Assembly (NCBI GenBank): GCA_965206645.1
Contig: CBDBKE010000003.1
Location: 448,001-512,000 of the forward strand
DNA: 64,000 bases
Reading direction: 5' to 3'
Origin: Terriglobia bacterium
GTDB taxonomy: Bacteria > Acidobacteriota > Terriglobia > JAJPHL01 > JAPKYU01
Of this stretch, positions 30,062 through 40,789 are shown in pieces; position 1 is the first letter of the stretch; the number at the start of each line of letters is the position of its first letter. The notes under the pieces are model-generated. The model saw only the letters and a list, made by a program, of their open reading frames with translations, did not search any database and was not told the origin of the DNA. A program made the position numbers and the translations under genes.

Positions 30062-31363
30062 ATGGGCGAGATGCAGTCGCACACGCTAAACGCTGAACGT
30101 CCGCAGCCGCCCCGGTTGTATCGCTGGGTCGTGCTGGTCTTCCTCAGCGTCGCGATGGCGGGCAACTACTACGCCTACGACAGCATCAGCCCGCTGGCCG
30201 ACGTTCTGAAGCAGCAGTTGGGCTTTTCCGATTCCAACATCGGCCTGCTCAACGCTATCTACAGCATTCCCAACGTCTTCATGGTGCTGCTCGGCGGGTT
30301 TCTGATTGACCGCATCGGCACCAAGCGGGCCACTCTCATTTTTGGAGTGCTCTGCCTGCTGGGGGCGGCGCTGACGGCCGCCACCGATCGGCTGGCGATG
30401 ATGGCTGCCGGAAGGCTGGTCTTCGGCATTGGCGCCGAGTCGCTGATTGTCTCAGTCACCACGGCGCTGGCCAAGTGGTTCCGCGGCAAGGAACTCAGCT
30501 TCGCCTTCGGCCTGAACCTCACCCTCGCCCGGCTGGGCTCCTTCGTCGCTCTGAACTCGCCCACCTGGGCGGGCCGCTATTACGAGCACTGGCAAGGGCC
30601 CCTGCTGCTGGCGGTCGGCTTCAGCGGATTTTGCGTGGCAGGCGCCATCATTTATTGGCTCCTGGAGAGCCACGCGGAGCAAGCCTACGAACTGGGCCAG
30701 ACTGGGGCCACCGACAAGGTGGTGTGGCGTGACATCTTTAAGTTCAGCAAATCCTACTGGTACATTGTGGCCCTCTGCGTCACCTTCTATTCGGCCATCT
30801 TTCCCTTCCAGACCTTTGCGGTGAAGTATTTCATCGAGGCGCACGGGACCTCGCGCCAGACCGGCGGCTTCCTTTCCAGCATGCTCACCCTGTTCGCCAT
30901 GATCGCCACGCCGCTGTTCGGCCTGCTGGTGGACCGGGTGGGCAAACGCTCGCTGCTAATGATGTTCGGTTCGCTGCTGCTAGTGCCGGTGTACCTGATC
31001 ATGGCCTACACGGGCCTGTCACTCTACATCCCGATGGCCATGATGGGCGTGGCCTTCTCGCTGATCCCGGCGGTGATGTGGCCTTCGGTGGCCTACATTG
31101 TGGATCAGCGCCGGTTGGGCACTGCCTACGGGTTGATGACCATGATCCAGAACATCGGGCTGGCGGGTTTCAACCTGCTGGTCGGATGGGCGAACGATTC
31201 TGCTGGCGCCAGCGCCGCCAACCCCGGCGGCTATGCCCTGGGGATGTGGATCTTCTCCGTCCTGAGTGTTTCCGGCGTCTTGTTCTCCTGGCTGTTGCGG
31301 CGTAGGGAAACCGGCCCGCACGCTCACGGCCTGGAAACGATCGTTACAGGATCTCAGCGGTGA
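30062..31363 (+). CDS. MFS transporter (MFSD1-like)
   Basis: Hydrophobic TM pattern; GNYYAYDS, GFLIDRIG, GRLVFGIGAES, WFRGKELSFAFG, LGTAYGLM. Confidence 0.9.
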   Translation: MGEMQSHTLNAERPQPPRLYRWVVLVFLSVAMAGNYYAYDSISPLADVLKQQLGFSDSNIGLLNAIYSIPNVFMVLLGGFLIDRIGTKRATLIFGVLCLLGAALTAATDRLAMMAAGRLVFGIGAESLIVSVTTALAKWFRGKELSFAFGLNLTLARLGSFVALNSPTWAGRYYEHWQGPLLLAVGFSGFCVAGAIIYWLLESHAEQAYELGQTGATDKVVWRDIFKFSKSYWYIVALCVTFYSAIFPFQTFAVKYFIEAHGTSRQTGGFLSSMLTLFAMIATPLFGLLVDRVGKRSLLMMFGSLLLVPVYLIMAYTGLSLYIPMAMMGVAFSLIPAVMWPSVAYIVDQRRLGTAYGLMTMIQNIGLAGFNLLVGWANDSAGASAANPGGYALGMWIFSVLSVSGVLFSWLLRRRETGPHAHGLETIVTGSQR

Positions 31364-31394
31364 ACATAGCTACGTTTGGAAAGTTTAATCAATT

Positions 31395-32009
31395 TTAAAT
31401 CTTCTCTGTGCGAGAACTCTCCAGTCTGAAATCTCGCAGCTGCGGGTACACATATTTGAACTTTGCTGTATGCCTATAACGGCCTTCTCCTGCCACCTCA
31501 TACTGAACTTGTAGGCGAACGAGTAGGCCACCTCGATCGTTTCTGATATCCCGAAGTTGGTCGGGGGATAGCATCGCATTATTGTGGTTAATGACGGGTC
31601 CTTCCGGAAAAATCTCGCAGGGAGGCTGTTCCTGTTCTTTCCCTACTGGTTGCCACCCTGCTTGATTGTCTCCGAAAAAAAATGCGACGCTAATTCTGAC
31701 GTCAGCCGCTGGGAAGGCACCAAAGTTCTTTGTTTCAAGGGAAATCAGGAAGTGAGGATCGTGGGGTGGTTCCTGCCGTTTGCACTGCGAGATTCCGAGA
31801 TATGGCCTGTGAGACAGGAGGAAAGCTTTTTGCGCGATCTCTGCAGAGTTTTTAGCTGCTTCCGCGGTGCTCTTTGTCGCCTTGAAAAGCTTCGCAGTGT
31901 AGATCACATAAGCGACAGTCGCTACAGCGATGATGAACGTGAATACGGCACTGAAAGAGGCGGGATCTCTGAGACCGCCGAGTGGATCGATGGGAAAAGC
32001 AAGTATCAT
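31395..32009 (-). CDS. hypothetical membrane-anchored protein, lower GC
   Basis: 204 aa with N-terminal TM helix, A..SAE.A helix and RPYL motif; AT-richer than its neighbours. Confidence 0.65.
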   Translation of the reverse strand: MILAFPIDPLGGLRDPASFSAVFTFIIAVATVAYVIYTAKLFKATKSTAEAAKNSAEIAQKAFLLSHRPYLGISQCKRQEPPHDPHFLISLETKNFGAFPAADVRISVAFFFGDNQAGWQPVGKEQEQPPCEIFPEGPVINHNNAMLSPDQLRDIRNDRGGLLVRLQVQYEVAGEGRYRHTAKFKYVYPQLRDFRLESSRTEKI

Positions 32010-32014
32010 AAGAG

Positions 32015-32545
32015 TTAGACGGAGAATTCGCGCTTCACCCTCTCAGACTTTTCGGCGACGGTGCGGGCTAGCCGTTCCTTGTGCTGGCGCAGGCGGTCGG
32101 CCAGCTTGCCGTCCGCGGTGGCGATGATCTGGGCGGCGTAGATGGCGGCGTTCACCGCGCCGGCCTTTCCCACAGCCATCACTCCCACCGGCACCCCGCG
32201 CGGCATCTGTACCGCGGCCAGCAGCGAGTCCACGCCCGACAGCGCGGTGTTCGCGATGGGCACGGCGATCACCGGCAGGGTGGTCTCCGCAGCAATGGCT
32301 CCCCCCAGGTGAAACGCGCCGCCGGCACCCACCACGATGGCCTTCAGGCCACGCTTCACCGCGGTGCGCGCGTATTCAGATGCGCGCGCCGGCGAGCGGT
32401 GCGCGCTGGCGATCTCCACTTCAAAGGGAACGCCGAACTCCTTCAATGTTCGGGCGGTTTCCGTCATCAGCGGCAGGTCCGAATCACTGCCCATCACGAT
32501 CCCCACGAGGGGGCGGGGCCTGGAGCTTGCTTTGGGGTTGCTCAT
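32015..32545 (-). CDS. purE: N5-CAIR mutase PurE
   Basis: [35 protein letters not shown]. Confidence 0.97.
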   Translation of the reverse strand: MSNPKASSRPRPLVGIVMGSDSDLPLMTETARTLKEFGVPFEVEIASAHRSPARASEYARTAVKRGLKAIVVGAGGAFHLGGAIAAETTLPVIAVPIANTALSGVDSLLAAVQMPRGVPVGVMAVGKAGAVNAAIYAAQIIATADGKLADRLRQHKERLARTVAEKSERVKREFSV

Positions 32546-33834
32546 GTGGGTTTCCTGTTCAGTCCCTTTCTGCCGATGTCGCGGCGGTAATGAATCCCTT
32601 CAAAGTGAATTTTCTCGACAGCGCCATAGGCCCGGGAGATGGCCTCGCGCAGGTCGCTTCCGCCGGCGGTGACACCCAGCACGCGCCCACCGGCAGTGAC
32701 GTACTGGCCGTCACGGAGCCGCGTACCGGAGTGAAACACTTTTACGGCGGGGAGCGCTTCGGCTTCGCCCAAGCCGGTGATGGGTTTGTCGCGCGCGAAC
32801 TCATCCGGATAGCCGCCCGAAGCTGCCACCACGCAAACGGTCGCGCCATCCGACCACTCCGGCCGAATGGCCGCTAGACCGCCGCCCGCAGCGGCCTCGA
32901 GCATCGGCACCAAGTCCGACGTGAGCCGCATCATCAGCGGCTGGGTTTCCGGGTCGCCGAAACGTACATTGTATTCCAGCAGCCGTGGGCCCTCGGCGGT
33001 GATCATCAGCCCGAAATACAGGATGCCCCGGTAGGGAGTGCCTTCGGCGGCCATGCCGGCCAGCGTCGGCTGCACGATCTTGTCCATAATCCGCTGCCGC
33101 AACGCCTCCGACAGGATGCCGTCTTCGGAGTAGGCGCCCATGCCGCCCGTGTTGGGTCCCTGGTCGTTGTCGAAGACCGGCTTGTGGTCCTGCGTCGGGG
33201 CCAGCGCCAGCGCCGTTTCCCCGTCGGTCACAACCGTGAAGGTGACTTCTTCACCGGCCAGGAAGCGCTCTAGTACCAGGCGGCGGCCAGCCTCGCCGAC
33301 CAGCTCGCCGGCGAGCATTTTTTCCAAAGTAGCCTCGGCCTGGCGGGAGTCGGCAGCTACCACTACACCTTTTCCGGCAGCCAGGCCGTCGGCCTTCAGC
33401 ACAACGGGGAAGCCGAAACGCGCCAGGTGCTGGCGAGCATCCTGGGGATGCTCGCACACCACGGACTCCGCCGTGGGGATGCCGTGGCGTTGCGCGAACT
33501 GTTTCGCAAAAATCTTGCTCCCTTCCAGGCGAGCGGCGGCCTGCGTGGCACCCACAATACGAAGGCCCCGCATCTGAAACTCGTCCACCACGCCCGCCAC
33601 CAGCGGCGCTTCCGGCCCAACCACAGTCAGGTCGGCCCCCAGGCGTTGGGCCAGCTCAGCCATCTCCGGCGGACGCAGGATGTCGCCGCGCTCCAGCGTC
33701 GTCTCCTGCGCGATGCCGGCATTGCCGGGCACACAGTAAACCTGCTCGACCCGCGGGCTTTGCCGCAGCTTCCACACCAGCCCGTGCTCCCGCCCGCCAG
33801 AACCCAGCACCAGGACTCGTATGCGCTCTGCCAT
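32542..33834 (-). CDS. purD: phosphoribosylamine-glycine ligase PurD
   Basis: GSGGREH, VVGPEAPL, KADGLAAGKGV, GPNTGGMG, EYNVRFGDPE; ATG 33834 preferred because TTGACA-16-CATAAT overlaps the upstream ATG. Confidence 0.97.
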   Translation of the reverse strand: MAERIRVLVLGSGGREHGLVWKLRQSPRVEQVYCVPGNAGIAQETTLERGDILRPPEMAELAQRLGADLTVVGPEAPLVAGVVDEFQMRGLRIVGATQAAARLEGSKIFAKQFAQRHGIPTAESVVCEHPQDARQHLARFGFPVVLKADGLAAGKGVVVAADSRQAEATLEKMLAGELVGEAGRRLVLERFLAGEEVTFTVVTDGETALALAPTQDHKPVFDNDQGPNTGGMGAYSEDGILSEALRQRIMDKIVQPTLAGMAAEGTPYRGILYFGLMITAEGPRLLEYNVRFGDPETQPLMMRLTSDLVPMLEAAAGGGLAAIRPEWSDGATVCVVAASGGYPDEFARDKPITGLGEAEALPAVKVFHSGTRLRDGQYVTAGGRVLGVTAGGSDLREAISRAYGAVEKIHFEGIHYRRDIGRKGLNRKPT

Positions 33835-34002
33835 ATGGGAACCTGCCATTATGTCCCGGCCGTGCCTCCTGTCAATCACGCTCCCCTTTGTCAGCACTCT
33901 AGTCGAAGCGCTGGGTAGTGGGTCAGTTCCCGAGAAGCCACCATTACCTGCGGTCGTGTGGCCTTGACTCGTAGGTCGAACGGATGCCGTTCTGTTCTGT
34001 GG

Positions 34003-34383
34003 TCACACTCTACCCCGAAACCGATCGAGTTCACGGCGATCGCGTTTCGATGGTTTGCCTTTCCGCGACCCCTCGAAATGCGGCATTGCTTTACGCCCCT
34101 CTGCCAACTTTAGCCGCAACTCCCGACTCGTTTCTGTCTCACGGTAGAGCGTCTGCGCAACCGCCGCCGGGCCGCGCGTCTCACTGAGAAGCACGACCTC
34201 CACCTGAAACTCGCCTGCGCCGCTCTTCACTTGCAAGAGATCGCCGACACGGACCTCGCGCGAAGCCTTGGCTTTTTGTCCGTTGGACGCAATCCTGCAG
34301 AGTTCGCATGCCCGTGCAGCGAGCGACCGGGTCTTAAAGAACCGAGCGGCCCAAAGCCACTTGTTCATCCTCACGCCGGCCAT
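34003..34383 (-). CDS. hslR: S4-domain RNA-binding protein (Hsp15-like)
   Basis: KWLWAARFFKTRSLA, RGPAAVAQTLYRET, GKPSKRDRR. Confidence 0.88.
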   Translation of the reverse strand: MAGVRMNKWLWAARFFKTRSLAARACELCRIASNGQKAKASREVRVGDLLQVKSGAGEFQVEVVLLSETRGPAAVAQTLYRETETSRELRLKLAEGRKAMPHFEGSRKGKPSKRDRRELDRFRGRV

Positions 34384-34541
34384 ATCCCATTCTCGCATGA
34401 CGGCGCACGCGGAAATGATCACACGCCCACCCGCTCAGCGGTGCGCCACGTTGGATGTATAACGCCCTTACCGTAAATTGACCCAGTACCGAGACGTGAG
34501 AACAGTTGGGTGTTTTCCGCGGACAGGATAATATAAACGGA

Positions 34542-36488
34542 ATGCTTCCTGAGTTCAGCGAAAGCTATGACGTTGTGGTGATCGGCGCGGGGCACGCCGG
34601 ATGCGAGGCAGCCATGGCCACCGCGCGCATGGGCCTGAAAACGGCGCTGTGCACGATCAACCTGGACCTGATCGCGCAGATGTCCTGCAACCCTGCCGTG
34701 GGCGGGATCGCCAAGGGCCACCTGGTTCGCGAGGTGGACGCGCTGGGCGGCATCATGGGTGAGGTGACCGACGCCGTAGGCATCCAGTTTCGCCTGCTCA
34801 ATACCAGCCGCGGTCCGGCCGTGTGGTCGCCGCGCGCGCAGTGCGACAAGAAGCAGTACCGGATCAAGATGCGGCAGGTGCTGGAGTCGGAGCCCAACCT
34901 GAAGATTAAGCAGGCCGAGGTAGCCGACCTGGTGCTTGATGAGCCCGGGAGATTATCTACTACATCAGTAGCAAATAAACTGCGTGGCGTCCGGCTTCGC
35001 GACGGGCGCCTGTTCCGGGCCCATGCCGTGGTCATCACCACCGGCACGTTCTTAAACGGGCTGATCCATGTGGGCGAAACCACCTACCCGGCAGGGCGCG
35101 GCGGCGAGCCCCCGTCACAGTTGCTAGGCGAGGCACTTAAGTTGCTGGGATTCCGCACGGCGCGGTTGAAGACGGGCACGCCGCCGCGGCTCGATGGCCG
35201 CTCCATTGACTGGAGCCGCTTCCAGCCGCAGCACGGAGACCCGGAGCCGGTGCCGTTCTCCTTCCGCACCGCGGCCATCGAGCGGGAGCAGCTCCCCTGC
35301 TACATTGCCTTCACCAGCGAGGAGACGCGCCGGGTGATCCAGGCAAATATCCACCGTTCGCCGCTGTACAGCGGCCAGATCCGTGGGATTGGCCCGCGCT
35401 ACTGTCCTTCGATGGAAGACAAGATCGTGAAGTTCCCCGACAAGGAGCGCCACCAGCTTTTCCTGGAACCCGAGGGTCTGGACACGCATGAGATCTACGT
35501 CAACGGCATGTCCACCAGCATGCCGATTGACGTGCAGTCAGCGATGGTGGCCTCCGTGCCCGGTCTGGAGAATGCCGAAATGATCCGGCCCGGCTACGCC
35601 ATCGAGTACGACTCGGTGGACCCTACGGAGCTGTATCCGACGCTGGAGACCAAGAAAATCTCGGGGCTGTTTCTAGCCGGCCAGATCAACGGCACCTCCG
35701 GCTACGAGGAGGCCGCCTGCCAGGGCATCATGGCCGGCATCAACGCCGGACTGAAAGTGAAGGGCTGCGAGCCGCTGGTGCTGGACCGCACGCAGGGCTA
35801 CACCGGCATCCTGATTGATGACCTGGTGACCAAAGGGACCAACGAGCCCTACCGCATGTTCACCTCGCGGGCCGAGTTTCGCCTGCACCTGCGGATTGAC
35901 AACGCCGACTACCGCCTGACCCCGCTGGGCTACCGCGCCGGGCTGGTGAGCGAGCCGCACTACCGCGAGTTTCTGGCCAAGCAGAAGCGCATCGCGCGTG
36001 CCATCGGTTTGCTCAGCGAGCTGCGGGCCGACCCGCGCGATGCCCTCTGCGCCCGGCTACTGGCCAAGCTGGACGGCGCTGCGGCCTGGACCGAGCGACC
36101 CACATTGGCGCAGTTGCTGCGGCGCCCCGAGGTCTCGATCGAAGACATGGCCGAGATGCTGCGCCGCGCCATTGGCGAGCCCGTCACCCAACTGGAGCTC
36201 AAGTGCGCCGAGATTGATGTGAAGTACGAGGGATACCTGAACCAGCAGCGGCGGCAGATGGAGCGTCTGAAGAGAGGCGAGGGGCAGCACATCCCGGAAA
36301 GCTTCGACTACAACGGCATTCCCGGCATCTCTCGCGAGGTGTCCGAGAAGCTGACGCGCGTCCGACCGCTGACGCTGGGACAGGCTGGTCGCATTCCTGG
36401 CATCACCCCAGCCGCCCTCGCCATCCTCAACGTGTGCCTGGAAGGCGCGGCGCGTGGCAAGCCCGATGGCACGCACTCAGCCGCCTGA
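34542..36488 (+). CDS. mnmG: tRNA uridine-5-carboxymethylaminomethyl synthesis enzyme MnmG (GidA)
   Basis: [58 protein letters not shown]. Confidence 0.98.
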   Translation: MLPEFSESYDVVVIGAGHAGCEAAMATARMGLKTALCTINLDLIAQMSCNPAVGGIAKGHLVREVDALGGIMGEVTDAVGIQFRLLNTSRGPAVWSPRAQCDKKQYRIKMRQVLESEPNLKIKQAEVADLVLDEPGRLSTTSVANKLRGVRLRDGRLFRAHAVVITTGTFLNGLIHVGETTYPAGRGGEPPSQLLGEALKLLGFRTARLKTGTPPRLDGRSIDWSRFQPQHGDPEPVPFSFRTAAIEREQLPCYIAFTSEETRRVIQANIHRSPLYSGQIRGIGPRYCPSMEDKIVKFPDKERHQLFLEPEGLDTHEIYVNGMSTSMPIDVQSAMVASVPGLENAEMIRPGYAIEYDSVDPTELYPTLETKKISGLFLAGQINGTSGYEEAACQGIMAGINAGLKVKGCEPLVLDRTQGYTGILIDDLVTKGTNEPYRMFTSRAEFRLHLRIDNADYRLTPLGYRAGLVSEPHYREFLAKQKRIARAIGLLSELRADPRDALCARLLAKLDGAAAWTERPTLAQLLRRPEVSIEDMAEMLRRAIGEPVTQLELKCAEIDVKYEGYLNQQRRQMERLKRGEGQHIPESFDYNGIPGISREVSEKLTRVRPLTLGQAGRIPGITPAALAILNVCLEGAARGKPDGTHSAA

Positions 36489-37137
36489 GGGCTCCGAAGG
36501 CGCCGCGCTGCGAGAGCTTCCCACCATGCTCGCCGAGCTAGGGGTCACCCTCGACGAGCCCGGGCTTCGAGTTGTTCGCACCCACTTTGAACTACTGGTT
36601 CGCTGGAACCGCAAGGTCAACCTGACCGGCGTTCGCGACCCCAGGCAAATTCTGCGCCGCCACTTTGTCGAATCGCTCTTCCTCACCACAGTGATGCCAC
36701 TGGGACCTGGGCTACTCTACGACGTTGGCTCGGGAGCCGGGTTTCCCGGGCTGCCACTGAAGGCCGCTCATCCCGAGATGCAAGTGGTCCTGGTGGAATC
36801 GGTGCAGAAGAAGGCGGCGTTCTTGAAGGAGGTAGTTCGCACGGCTGACTTGCAGGGGGTCCGCGTCGAAGCGACACGCGCCGAGGAGCTGGCGCGCCGC
36901 CCGGACCGGGAATTGGGCCACTGGCTTACCATGCGGGCCGTGGGGCGTCTGGACCGGTTGCTGCCATTACTGCGACAGCTTCTTCTCCCCCAGGGTCAGG
37001 TGGCGCTGTTTTTGGGAGCAGCCGATGCGGAGCGGGCCAGCAGGGTGAGCAGCTTTGCCTGGGGGGAGCCGGTGACAGTGCCCGGTTCGGAGCGCCGGGT
37101 GATTCTGATGGGCCAGGCTCAGGCCCAGGCTCGATAA
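36466..37137 (+). CDS. rsmG: 16S rRNA G527 N7-methyltransferase RsmG (GidB)
   Basis: [28 protein letters not shown]. Confidence 0.95.
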   Translation: MARTQPPEGSEGAALRELPTMLAELGVTLDEPGLRVVRTHFELLVRWNRKVNLTGVRDPRQILRRHFVESLFLTTVMPLGPGLLYDVGSGAGFPGLPLKAAHPEMQVVLVESVQKKAAFLKEVVRTADLQGVRVEATRAEELARRPDRELGHWLTMRAVGRLDRLLPLLRQLLLPQGQVALFLGAADAERASRVSSFAWGEPVTVPGSERRVILMGQAQAQAR

Positions 37138-37152
37138 GTTCCACGTGGAACA
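37137..37152. promoter_or_regulatory. parS centromere-like site
   Basis: AGTTCCACGTGGAACA, 15/16 match to TGTTCCACGTGGAACA, immediately upstream of parAB. Confidence 0.92.
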
Positions 37153-37264
37153 TTATTGAGGTTGCGGCAGGGTTGCTGCTTGCAATCGGGATGACCAGGT
37201 GCTACATTAGTTACTAGATTTGTTTAAAACATTCAACATTAAGGTTGGCCTAGGCCAAGATTCC

Positions 37265-38062
37265 ATGGCCCGCGTGATCGCAATTGCTAACCAGAAGGGT
37301 GGCGTTGGCAAGACCACCACCGCCATCAACCTGGCCGCTTCGCTGGCCGCGGCCGAGTGCCGCGTCCTGCTGGTGGACTGTGACCCCCAGGCCAACACCA
37401 CGGGCGGGCTGGGCTTTCGCAAGAATCAGAAGCGCCTCACCCTCTACGACGCGCTGCTGGGCGAGGCTTCGCTCGACGAGGTGGTGCTCGAGACCGAGCT
37501 GCAGGGCCTTTGGCTGGTGCCGTCCGACAAGAACCTGATCGGGGCCAATCTGGAGCTGATCGACGAGGAAGCCCGTGAGCACCGGATGGCCCGTCTGCTG
37601 GGCCCGCTCCGCTCCGAATACCTCTACATTGTGATTGACTGCCCACCGGCTCTGGATCTGCTGACCCTGAATGCCCTGGTGGCAGCCGATGCGGTGCTGG
37701 CTCCCATCCAATGCGAGTACTTCGCGCTCGAGGGAGTCGCCGAGCTGTTGGATACGGTGGAGCGCATCCGGCAGGCCTTCAACCCCGCACTGGCGCTCGA
37801 GGGGGTGCTGCTCACCATGTACGACGAGCGCACCAACCTCTCGCGACAAGTGGCTGAGGATCTGCGCGGATACTTCGGCGAGAAGATATTCACTACCATC
37901 ATCCCGCGCAATGTGCGTTTGGCCGAAGCCCCCAGCTTCGGCAAGCCGATCTTGCTCTACGACGTGCGCTCGCGCGGAGCCGAGAGCTACATCCGCCTGG
38001 CAAAGGAGATCATCGCCCATGGCCAACCTGGAATTGGCATCCAGCGATCGGCAACGGCGTAA
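37265..38062 (+). CDS. parA: chromosome partitioning ATPase ParA/Soj
   Basis: IANQKGGVGKTTT, DCDPQANTT, DCPP, QCEYFALEG, PRNVRLAEAPSFG. Confidence 0.97.
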   Translation: MARVIAIANQKGGVGKTTTAINLAASLAAAECRVLLVDCDPQANTTGGLGFRKNQKRLTLYDALLGEASLDEVVLETELQGLWLVPSDKNLIGANLELIDEEAREHRMARLLGPLRSEYLYIVIDCPPALDLLTLNALVAADAVLAPIQCEYFALEGVAELLDTVERIRQAFNPALALEGVLLTMYDERTNLSRQVAEDLRGYFGEKIFTTIIPRNVRLAEAPSFGKPILLYDVRSRGAESYIRLAKEIIAHGQPGIGIQRSATA

Positions 38063-38972
38063 GGTTTTGGGGCGCGGGCTGGGCGCACTGCTGGAGTCGC
38101 GTACGCCGACCGGAGGGCCACCTTCGCCTCCGGAGATCGTTCCCGGCCCCACCGCAGACGCGGGGCCCAACCTGCGCCAGATTCCGCTGGAAGCCATCGA
38201 GCCCAACCCCAACCAGCCGCGCAAGAAGTTTCCAAAAAGCAGCCTGGAGGAATTGGCGGAATCCATCCGCGCTCATGGTCTGCTCCAACCCATCCTCGTT
38301 ACTCCCGTCGTCACTCCCACTTCGGCGGCGGGCAGGTTTCAGCTGGTGGCCGGGGAGCGGCGCTGGCGCGCGGCACAACTGGCGGGACTCCGCACGGTGC
38401 CGGCGCTGGTCGAGGAAGTCCGGAAGGAGCAGTCGCTGGAGCTGGCCCTCGTCGAGAACCTGCAGCGCGAAGACCTGAACCCGCTTGAGGCCGCCACCGC
38501 TTTCGAGCGCCTGACCCGTGAGTTCGGCTTGAAGCACGAGGACGTGGCCCGGCGCACCGGCAAGGATCGCGCCACCATCACCAATCTTATCCGCCTGCTG
38601 AAGCTTCCCGCCGAGGTGCAGGAACTGCTGGCCGAAGGTAAGCTGTCGGTGGGCCATGCCAAGGCGCTGCTCGGGCTAACGTCGGCTGATACCCAGTGCT
38701 GGCTGGCGGATCAGATCGCCTCCCGCGACCTCTCGGTTCGGATGGCGGAAAAACTGGTCGCGAAGTTCTCAAAACGCGGGGGTATTGCTCCACCCAAACC
38801 ACCGAAAGCAATGCAGCTGGATGCCAATACTCGGGCTGCTCTATTGGAGCTGGAACGCACCCTGGGCACCCGCGTCCGCCTCTCTGGCACACCCAACAAG
38901 GGGGCCCTGCTGATTGAGTACCACTCGGCGAAAGAGCTGATGCGCCTTTACGACAAAATACTACGTCAGTAG
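38019..38972 (+). CDS. parB: chromosome partitioning protein ParB/Spo0J
   Basis: LGRGLGALL, PNPNQPRK, GLLQPI, AGERRWRAA, ENLQREDLNP and HTH. Confidence 0.97.
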   Translation: MANLELASSDRQRRKVLGRGLGALLESRTPTGGPPSPPEIVPGPTADAGPNLRQIPLEAIEPNPNQPRKKFPKSSLEELAESIRAHGLLQPILVTPVVTPTSAAGRFQLVAGERRWRAAQLAGLRTVPALVEEVRKEQSLELALVENLQREDLNPLEAATAFERLTREFGLKHEDVARRTGKDRATITNLIRLLKLPAEVQELLAEGKLSVGHAKALLGLTSADTQCWLADQIASRDLSVRMAEKLVAKFSKRGGIAPPKPPKAMQLDANTRAALLELERTLGTRVRLSGTPNKGALLIEYHSAKELMRLYDKILRQ

Positions 38973-39068
38973 TAGTACGCAACCTCCCATCCCCCGATGC
39001 AGCTCAGGCTGCGCCCAACTACCACCTCCGCTGGGTGGTAAGATAGGCGGCGCCACTTTCCACAACAG

Positions 39069-40671
39069 ATGGCTTACAACGCCGAGGAAATCAGAGGTCG
39101 CCTGCTGAAGGGCGAGCCCCTCTCTTTCTCAGCCGACCAGCCGGAAGAGGAGCGGCAGGTCCTCGCCGACTCCATTGCCGAAGCCGCGCGCGCAGCCAAG
39201 CGCGTGCACATCGAGAATGCCGTCGTCACCGGGCCGCTGGACCTCAGCTACGCCGAGGTGCGAGAGCGGTTTGAGCTTGCGAACGTCGAGCTGCGCGACC
39301 CGGTTGACTTCTCTTTCGCCCGCTTCCACTGTGGCATCGCCTGTCGCCGCGTCCGCTTCACTCGCGCCGCCGACTTTGAGGGCGCCGTCTTCGACAAGCA
39401 TGCCGGCTTCCCTCGTGCCGAGTTTGCGGAGGGCGCCGACTTCCTTGGGGTACAGGTAGGCGGGCAGGGCGACTTCAGCGGGGCGCGCTTTGGGGGGGGA
39501 GGTGCGCTTTGACGGGGCCAAGATTACCGGCGGCTTGTTCTTCCGCCCCGAGGAAGAGCACCGGGCGGAGTTCGCGGGCGAGGCGGGGTTTCACGGCATG
39601 GAGGTGGGCGGGGAGGCGGATTTCAGTGGGGCGCGCTTTGGCCGGGAGGTGCGCTTTGACGGGGCCAAGGTCACCGGCGACTTGTTCTTCCGCCCTGAGG
39701 GGGAGCACCGGGCGGAGTTCGACGGCGAGGCGGGGTTTCTCGGCATCGAGGTGGGCGGGCAGGCAAGCTTCAGCGGGGCGCGCTTTGGCGGCCCGGCCTA
39801 TTTCGAGGGCGCATCTTTTTCGAGCGATGTGTTCTTTAACGGCGCTTTTTTTACCGGAAGCGTGGCATCGTTCCTCAGCGCGTCATTCTCCCTGGTCGCG
39901 CGCTTCCCAGGGACTCGATTCGCCTGCCCGGTAGCCTTCGACCACGCGCATTTCCGCCAACAGGTCTATTTTTCCGGCACAATCTTCGATGGCGACCTCA
40001 GCTTGCGCAAGGCCCGCTTCAGCACGCTGAGCTTCGCGCACGAAGGCCAGGCCGCCACTTTCGCCGCCGACGTGGACTTGAGAGGCTGCACCTACAGCTT
40101 TATTGAATTTATTGAAATAGACGATTGGCGCGAGCTGATGGAACGCATGGAACCTCCGGCTTCGCAACCCTGGGGCCAGCTTATCCGCGCGCTCCGCGCC
40201 GCCGGCGAGGAGCGCGCGGCCCGCGAGGCTTACTACGAATGGCGAATGTCGGCAGGGGCCCGGATCCATTACAAAGAACAGAAGCTCCGCTATCTGGTGG
40301 ACCGCTTCGAGCGCCACGTGGCCGGCTATGGTGTGAGGTCAGGGCCACTCTTTCTTTGGGCCGGAGTCATCCTCGCCTTGGGCGCGGTGGTGTTCGCCAT
40401 GCCCGGCGCCCTGCTACCCGCCAAGGACTTCCCGGCGGAGCTCTCCGCCGAACTGGAGCTCGCGGACTCGGGGTACGTGGCTCCGCTTCGAGGTTTGGCG
40501 GCAAGCGTTCGCTTGTTCGTGCCGGTCGAGGTGTCCGTCGGTCGCCACTGGGAACCAGCCCCGGGATTTTATTCTGGTTGCGCCGCCGTCCTGACCCTCC
40601 TCGGCTGGATTCTGATCCCGGTGGCGGTGGCCTCCTTCACCGGCCTGCTGCGACGCGAGCCAGCGCCTTAA
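39069..40671 (+). pseudogene. pentapeptide-repeat membrane protein with a +1 frameshift in a G8 run
   Basis: A(D/S)FxGAxF repeats in both ORFs; G8 at 39492-39499; C-terminal GYGVR and two TM helices. Confidence 0.8.
39470..39790 (+). repeat. 147-bp (49-aa) internal tandem repeat, about 2.2 copies
   Basis: TTCCGCCCCGAG at 39541 recurs as TTCCGCCCTGAG at 39688 with flanks conserved. Confidence 0.85.
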
Positions 40672-40789
40672 GCTGGACGCCCCACGATGAGCGAAGCCGA
40701 AAGGGTTGTGGACCACTCGGGCTGCCTCAGGCCGCCCGGCGGCGACCTCGCGCCGCTAGCTCCGGCCAGGACCAACTAACCATATAGAG

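Noticed and set aside
28778-30082. 434-aa minus-strand ORF
   Set aside because: Overlaps the FN3 tail and the PagL-like gene on the opposite strand; no recognisable domain
33850-34000. Purine or ZTP riboswitch upstream of purD (and TPP riboswitch near thiL or the thiE-like gene)
   Set aside because: No consensus motifs recognised; the purD promoter sits too close to the start to leave room
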